From assembly GCA_049515535.1 (NCBI GenBank), contig JBEKTZ010000006.1, positions 124,001-188,000 on the forward strand: a DNA stretch of 64,000 nucleotides, read 5' to 3'. A model generated the notes under the pieces. It worked only from the letters and a program-made list of their open reading frames with translations, did not search any database and was not told the DNA's origin. Made by a program: the position numbers and the translations under genes. The DNA comes from Candidatus Aminicenantales bacterium (GTDB lineage: Bacteria; Acidobacteriota; Aminicenantia; Aminicenantales; UBA4085). Positions 58,893-64,000 of the stretch are shown here, piece by piece (the stretch's first letter is position 1; every line of letters starts with the position of its first letter).

Positions 58893-60115
58893 TCGTGAAT
58901 TACGAAATCTTCGTCGCCAAGCGCTATCTGACCGCGAAGCGGAAACAGGCCTTCATTTCGGTCATCACCTTCATCTCCGTCCTGGGCATCACGATCGGCG
59001 TCATGGCCCTCATCATCGCCATCGCTCTGATCACGGGATTCCAGAAAGACGTGCAGGATAAAATCCTGAGCGCGACATCCCATCTCATGGTCCAGGACCT
59101 CTCCAGCGAGGGCCTCAAGGACTATGAGCGGATGATGGCCAAGATCACGGCCCTTCCGGGCGTCAAGTCCGTTTCGCCGGTGGTCTTGAACATGGCTTTG
59201 ATCGCGGGATCGGCCAAGACCGACGGGGCCATGCTCAAGGGGATCGATTTTGATCTGGAAACGAAACACTCCCCCTGGCTCCGGAAACTCGAGAGCGGGA
59301 CGATTCCCCGCCCGGTTTCGGGCCGGGACGGCATTCTCCTCGGCCACGACCTCGCCTTCAAGCTGGGCGCGGGCGTCGGCGACGTCGTGACGGTGGTGAC
59401 GGCGTCCATGCGACTGACGCCGACGGGAATGGTGCCGAAGCAGAAAAATTTCGCGGTGACGGGAATCTTCGTGACGGGGCTCTTTGAGTACGATTCTTCC
59501 ACGGCGCTCATTTCTCTCCCGGTCGCGCAGAAGCTGTTCGGACTCAAAGACGGCATCAGCTACCTGCAGGTCATGATCGGTGATATCTTCGAGGCGGCGG
59601 CGTACAAAGAACGTTTCAGATCCGTCCTTCCGCCCATGACCTACACGACGACCTGGATGGAGCTTAACAAGTCGCTCTTCTCGGCGCTCAAGCTCGAAAA
59701 GAACATCATGTTCCTGACGATCGCGCTCATTGTCTTTGTCGCCGCGCTCAACATCATCGCGACGCTGATCCTCATGGTCATGGAAAAAACGCGGGACATC
59801 GGGATCCTCATCGCCCTGGGGGCCACGACGAAGGACATCCGCCGGATCTTCTTCCTCCAAGGCGCGCTCATCGGCGTCGTGGGGACAGCCGTCGGCACGA
59901 TCCTGGGACTCCTCTGGTGCGCGCTCGCGAACACGTTCAAGTTGATCAGAGTCCCCGTGGACATCTATCAGATCTCGTATGTTCCTTTTCACATCAAGCT
60001 CCTGGACCTGCTCCTGATCATCGGCGTCTCGCTGCTGATCAGCTTTTTATCCACGCTCTTTCCGTCTCACAGGGCCTCAAAAACCGATCCTGTGGCGGCT
60101 TTAAAATATGAGTGA
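58889..60115 (+). CDS. Lipoprotein-releasing ABC permease LolC/E
   Basis: FISVITFIS.LG...GV.ALI, ALKLEK, VAALNII.TL..MV.EK..DI.IL. Confidence 0.9.
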   Translation: MIVNYEIFVAKRYLTAKRKQAFISVITFISVLGITIGVMALIIAIALITGFQKDVQDKILSATSHLMVQDLSSEGLKDYERMMAKITALPGVKSVSPVVLNMALIAGSAKTDGAMLKGIDFDLETKHSPWLRKLESGTIPRPVSGRDGILLGHDLAFKLGAGVGDVVTVVTASMRLTPTGMVPKQKNFAVTGIFVTGLFEYDSSTALISLPVAQKLFGLKDGISYLQVMIGDIFEAAAYKERFRSVLPPMTYTTTWMELNKSLFSALKLEKNIMFLTIALIVFVAALNIIATLILMVMEKTRDIGILIALGATTKDIRRIFFLQGALIGVVGTAVGTILGLLWCALANTFKLIRVPVDIYQISYVPFHIKLLDLLLIIGVSLLISFLSTLFPSHRASKTDPVAALKYE

Positions 60116-60788
60116 CATTCTCCGCGCCGAAAATTTAGGGAAGGAATATCCCCTGCCCAAGGGGGTTCTCCAGATCTTCAAGGGCCTCGGCTTCACGTTG
60201 GAAGCGGGGGATATCGTCGCGGTCATGGGTGTTTCGGGGGTCGGCAAGACCACATTCCTCAACCTCCTCGGCGCCTTGGACCGGCCGACCGAGGGGACGG
60301 TCTTTTTGGACGGCGAGAACCTCTTTGCCCGGGAAGAAAAAGAGCTGGCCCGGATCCGCAATCGCAAGATCGGGTTCGTTTTTCAGTTTTTCCATCTTCT
60401 TCCGGAGTTCACCGCCCTGGAGAACGTCAGCCTTCCCTTGATGATCAATGGCCTGAATAAAACCGAAGCCCTGGAAAAAGGCCGGGACATGCTCCGCGAG
60501 GTCCGCCTCGAAGACAAGGCCGATTGCCGGCCGGCCCAGCTTTCGGGAGGAGAGCAGCAGAGAGTCGCCATTGCCCGGGCCCTGGTCAACGAACCGAAGC
60601 TCCTGCTGGCCGACGAGCCGACCGGCAACCTGGACTGGAAAACCGGCGAACATATCATGAATCTCCTCTTGGACTTGCACCGGAAAAAAGGCCTGTCCTC
60701 CATCCTGGTGACCCACAACGACAAGGTCGCCCAATTCTGCCGGAAGCTCTATGTGATGGAGCGCGGAGAATTGAAACTTTTAGCCTGA
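60108..60788 (+). CDS. lolD: Lipoprotein-releasing ABC ATPase
   Basis: GVSGVGKTT, GFVFQFFHLLPEFTALEN, LSGGEQQR, ADEPTGNLD; directly after lolC/E. Confidence 0.9.
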   Translation: MSDILRAENLGKEYPLPKGVLQIFKGLGFTLEAGDIVAVMGVSGVGKTTFLNLLGALDRPTEGTVFLDGENLFAREEKELARIRNRKIGFVFQFFHLLPEFTALENVSLPLMINGLNKTEALEKGRDMLREVRLEDKADCRPAQLSGGEQQRVAIARALVNEPKLLLADEPTGNLDWKTGEHIMNLLLDLHRKKGLSSILVTHNDKVAQFCRKLYVMERGELKLLA

Positions 60789-60871
60789 GCCGGGCGTTTA
60801 ATCAATGGGGGATCAGAGCCCTCTGCTGGTTTTTTGAAAAAAACCGCTTCTTATGATATAAGGAATATGAA

Positions 60872-63214
60872 ATGAAAAAGTGGATCGTCGGCCTGTTCAT
60901 TATCTTGGTTCCTCTTTTGAGCTTCGGCCAGGAGATGATCGAGAGGATCGACATCGCCGGGAATGAAAGGGTCAACCGGGATACGGTCATGTACTACCTC
61001 ACCGCCCGGGAGGGGGATTATTACAGCCAAGATCTGTTGAAGAAAGATTTCATGGTGCTTTGGTCCACGGGCTTTTTTTCGAACATCCGGATCGAAGAAG
61101 CGCAGGGAACCAGAGGAAAAATCGTCAAGATATATCTTGAGGAAAATCCCATCGTCAAGACGATCAGTTATAAAACCGGAAAGAAAGTCAAGGAAGACGA
61201 TATCGTCAACAAGCTGAAGGAAAAGGACGAATACATCCTCGCTTACTCCTATTACAGCCCGGGCAAAATTCAAAAGATCAAAAAGACGATCGAAGATCTG
61301 CTCGCGGAAAAAGGGCTTCATGCCGCAAAGGTCGATCTCGAGACGAACAAAAAAGGAAAAAGCGAGGTCGATATCGTCTTCAATATCGACGAGGGCCCCA
61401 AAGTCCGGATCGGCGACATTGTGTTCACCGGCAAGCCTAAACTTCCTCAAAGCACGCTTCTCGAGGCTATGTCGGAAAACAAGCCGCTCGATCTTATCAG
61501 TTGGCTTACCGGAAAAAGCGTTTACAAACAGAACAAGATGACGGACGACATCGCCGCCGTCAAAAAGAAATTCCAGGAATACGGCTATATGGAAGCGACG
61601 ATCGGCGAGCCCAAGATCGAACAGATCACGACGCGGAAGTTCCCGTTCTTCAAAAAGCAGACGATGCTGAAAGTGACCATTCCGGTCAACGCCGGATATC
61701 TCTACCGCGTCGGCGAGATCAAGATCGAAGGCAACAAGGCGTTTACCGCAAAGGGCATTCAAACCAAGATCAAATTCGTGAAGGACGAAATCTACAACAC
61801 GAAGATCAGGGAAAAGAGCGTCGACGACATCAACGAATTGTTTCGCAATTTCGGGCATCTCTATGGGCAGGTTGTCCCGGTGGAAAACCTGGACCCGAAG
61901 AACAAGGTCGTCAACGTGACCTACCAGATCATCGAGGGGGATCCCTGTTATCTCCGTCGACTGGATTTCAAGGGCAACGTCTTCACGAAGGACAAGGTCA
62001 TCCGGAGGGAGATGATCCTCCGCGAAGGCGACCGTTTCAGCCTGGCCCTCTTTAAGGACAGCATCCTCCGCGTCAAACAGCTCGGGCTCGTCGACCTCGA
62101 GAAAGACCCCGATATCAAGCCCTCCCAGGACGATTCGACCCAGTTCGACGTGAGCGTGAACGTCAAGGAACTCCAGCGGAACAACATCCAGTTCACGGCC
62201 GGCTACAGCGGCTATGAAGGGACATTCATCGCGGCCAGTTATTCCACGGTCAATTTCCTCGGCGCGGGAGAGAACCTGGAAATTACCGCCCAGTACGGGA
62301 AACGGATCAAGAACTATGTCTTCGGCTTCAGAGAGCCGTACTTGTTCGATTCTCCCGTGAGCGTAGGGTTCAATATTTACGACCGCTATATGATCTATCC
62401 TTACCTGTACGACCAAAAGGCCAGAGGCATCGATTTCACGTTCGGCGCCCGCCTCAGCGGATACTGGAGTTCGAGTCTGACCTACAGCTTCCAGGACATC
62501 GACGTCACCGCGCCGAGCATTACGGATACGACGACGTCGACGAGCTCCTCCGTGTACGATGCCTATTATGCCAGCCTTTACGGCTGGGGCCGATACTTTG
62601 AGAATTCGCTCACGCCCTCGATCTACTACACGACGATCGACAGCCCCCTGACGCCGATGAGCGGCACGATGTACCTGTTTTCGCTGAAATACGCCGGAAC
62701 CTTCCTCGGTGGAGAGATCCACATGATCAAGCCCAATCTCCAGTTCACCCATTACCAGCTCATCAAGCAAGGCATCATGTCGTTTGGATTGCACCTCGAA
62801 TATTCCGAGGCGAAGCCTCTCCGGAACTCGCAAGTGCCCTTCTGGGAAAGGTTCTTTCTCGGCGGCGAACGCAACATCCGGGGCTACGAGATCTATACGA
62901 TCGGCCCCAAGGACGCGAACGACTCGAACGTCGGGGGACTGAAATCCCTGGTCATCAACGCGGAGCTCATTTTCCACGTCGGCGGCCAGGAGAGCCCTCT
63001 TTATCTTATCGCTTTCCACGATATGGGCAATGCTTACAGCGCGGATGAGCGGGTGAGCCTCAAGAACGTCTACACGTCCACGGGAGTGGAAGCCCGGATC
63101 TTCGTCCCGGCCTTGAGAGTTCCTTTCCGGCTCATTTTTTCATATAATAACCGCTTGATCTATTCGAGCGATTCCAACTTTGCTTTTCGATTCGCGATTG
63201 GAACGACGTTCTAA
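60872..63214 (+). CDS. bamA: Outer membrane protein assembly factor BamA
   Basis: Signal peptide, POTRA repeats, T.DKVIRRE, N.LG.G, FFLGG..NIRGY, terminal IGTTF. Confidence 0.94.
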   Translation: MKKWIVGLFIILVPLLSFGQEMIERIDIAGNERVNRDTVMYYLTAREGDYYSQDLLKKDFMVLWSTGFFSNIRIEEAQGTRGKIVKIYLEENPIVKTISYKTGKKVKEDDIVNKLKEKDEYILAYSYYSPGKIQKIKKTIEDLLAEKGLHAAKVDLETNKKGKSEVDIVFNIDEGPKVRIGDIVFTGKPKLPQSTLLEAMSENKPLDLISWLTGKSVYKQNKMTDDIAAVKKKFQEYGYMEATIGEPKIEQITTRKFPFFKKQTMLKVTIPVNAGYLYRVGEIKIEGNKAFTAKGIQTKIKFVKDEIYNTKIREKSVDDINELFRNFGHLYGQVVPVENLDPKNKVVNVTYQIIEGDPCYLRRLDFKGNVFTKDKVIRREMILREGDRFSLALFKDSILRVKQLGLVDLEKDPDIKPSQDDSTQFDVSVNVKELQRNNIQFTAGYSGYEGTFIAASYSTVNFLGAGENLEITAQYGKRIKNYVFGFREPYLFDSPVSVGFNIYDRYMIYPYLYDQKARGIDFTFGARLSGYWSSSLTYSFQDIDVTAPSITDTTTSTSSSVYDAYYASLYGWGRYFENSLTPSIYYTTIDSPLTPMSGTMYLFSLKYAGTFLGGEIHMIKPNLQFTHYQLIKQGIMSFGLHLEYSEAKPLRNSQVPFWERFFLGGERNIRGYEIYTIGPKDANDSNVGGLKSLVINAELIFHVGGQESPLYLIAFHDMGNAYSADERVSLKNVYTSTGVEARIFVPALRVPFRLIFSYNNRLIYSSDSNFAFRFAIGTTF

Positions 63215-63269
63215 GACACGAAAAGTAAGCAAAGTCAATATTGATCCATAAACTGGAGGAGGACTAACG

Positions 63270-63788
63270 ATGAGGAAAACAATCACATTGATCGCCTTGC
63301 TCGGCGCCTGCATCTCCGCGGGCTTCGCCCAGGTGAAGGTCGGCGTCATCAATTCCCAGGACGTTTTGGAAAAATCGACGGAAGGAAAAAAGGTCATCGC
63401 CCGTCTTCAGGAAGCGGACAAGCAAAACCAGACCCAGATCGCCACTCTGGACGATCAGATCCGCAAGCTGCAGACCGAGCTCAATACCCAGCGGATCACG
63501 ATGACCGAAGACGCCGTCATGGCCAAGAACGCGGATCTGGAACGGAAAAATACGGACCGGAAAAGAAAGGCCGAAGACGCTTACGCCAGTATGAATGATC
63601 TGACGCAACGGCTGTTCAAGAAGATCCAGGACGAGCTCATTCCAATCGTCGAGCAGGTCGGAAAGGAAAAGGGCTTCGACATCATCTTCGACTTGGCCAA
63701 GAGCGGCGCCATCTATTGGAGCCCGGCGATCGACCTGACCACGGAAGTGATCAAGAGATACGATGCCTCGAAAGCGGCGGGCAAATAG
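63270..63788 (+). CDS. skp: OmpH/Skp periplasmic chaperone
   Basis: Signal peptide, KVGVIN, coiled coil, DLTTEVIK; after bamA. Confidence 0.9.
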   Translation: MRKTITLIALLGACISAGFAQVKVGVINSQDVLEKSTEGKKVIARLQEADKQNQTQIATLDDQIRKLQTELNTQRITMTEDAVMAKNADLERKNTDRKRKAEDAYASMNDLTQRLFKKIQDELIPIVEQVGKEKGFDIIFDLAKSGAIYWSPAIDLTTEVIKRYDASKAAGK

Positions 63789-63800
63789 CGGAACGTCTCC

Positions 63801-64000
63801 TTGTTTGACATCGAAGCGATTCTGAAGTTTCTGCCTCACCGCTATCCCTTTCTCCTAGTGGATCGCGTCTTGAGCCTGGAAAAGGCGAAATCGATTGTCG
63901 CCATCAAGAACGTCACATACAACGAGGAGTTCTTCCAGGGCCATTTTCCCGGGCTGAGGATCATGCCCGGGGTGCTCATCGTCGAAGCTTTGGCCCAGGC
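63801..64000 (+). CDS. fabZ: 3-hydroxyacyl-ACP dehydratase (partial, runs off window end)
   Basis: Manual translation from TTG 63801: [22 protein letters not shown]...[29 protein letters not shown]. Confidence 0.93.
   Translation, partial: MFDIEAILKFLPHRYPFLLVDRVLSLEKAKSIVAIKNVTYNEEFFQGHFPGLRIMPGVLIVEALAQ

Noticed and set aside
63786..63803. Amber read-through producing a Skp-FabZ fusion
   Set aside because: Skp is exported and FabZ is cytoplasmic, there are no pyrrolysine genes in the window, and a TTG start explains the layout.

Overview
A GC-rich bacterial chromosomal window. Gene content (VPS10-like glycosyl hydrolase, SpoIVB-S55 plus beta-propeller pair, paired MacB-type permeases, DUF885) suggests Acidobacteriota or Ca. 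Aminicenantes; this is inference. It holds about 45 mostly housekeeping or envelope genes: ABC transporters, pgi, dusB, rpoZ, cyaB, polyprenyl synthase, tatD, fabH, efp, a GHMP kinase, rnhC, AlaX, an RluB-type pseudouridine synthase, Lon, and ribH-nusB-lysS-lolC/E-lolD-bamA-skp-fabZ. I found no rRNA, tRNA, CRISPR array, transposase or prophage. Most notable observations: (1) an RNase HIII whose N-terminal TBP-like domain is replaced by a beta-clamp-type motif (QSDLF); (2) two families of dispersed hairpin-rich non-coding elements, one with a compensatory base change and one with a ~120-bp module in opposite orientations against the same partner sequence; (3) a NuoEFG/HydABC-like plus NfnAB operon in apparent decay, with nfnAB collapsed into one in-frame mini-gene; (4) a consensus sigma-54 promoter and tiny ORF ahead of a DUF885 protein lacking its metal ligands; (5) an uncharacterised class I isoprenoid-synthase-like gene; (6) several apparently leaderless genes. 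All calls are by eye, without database searches.
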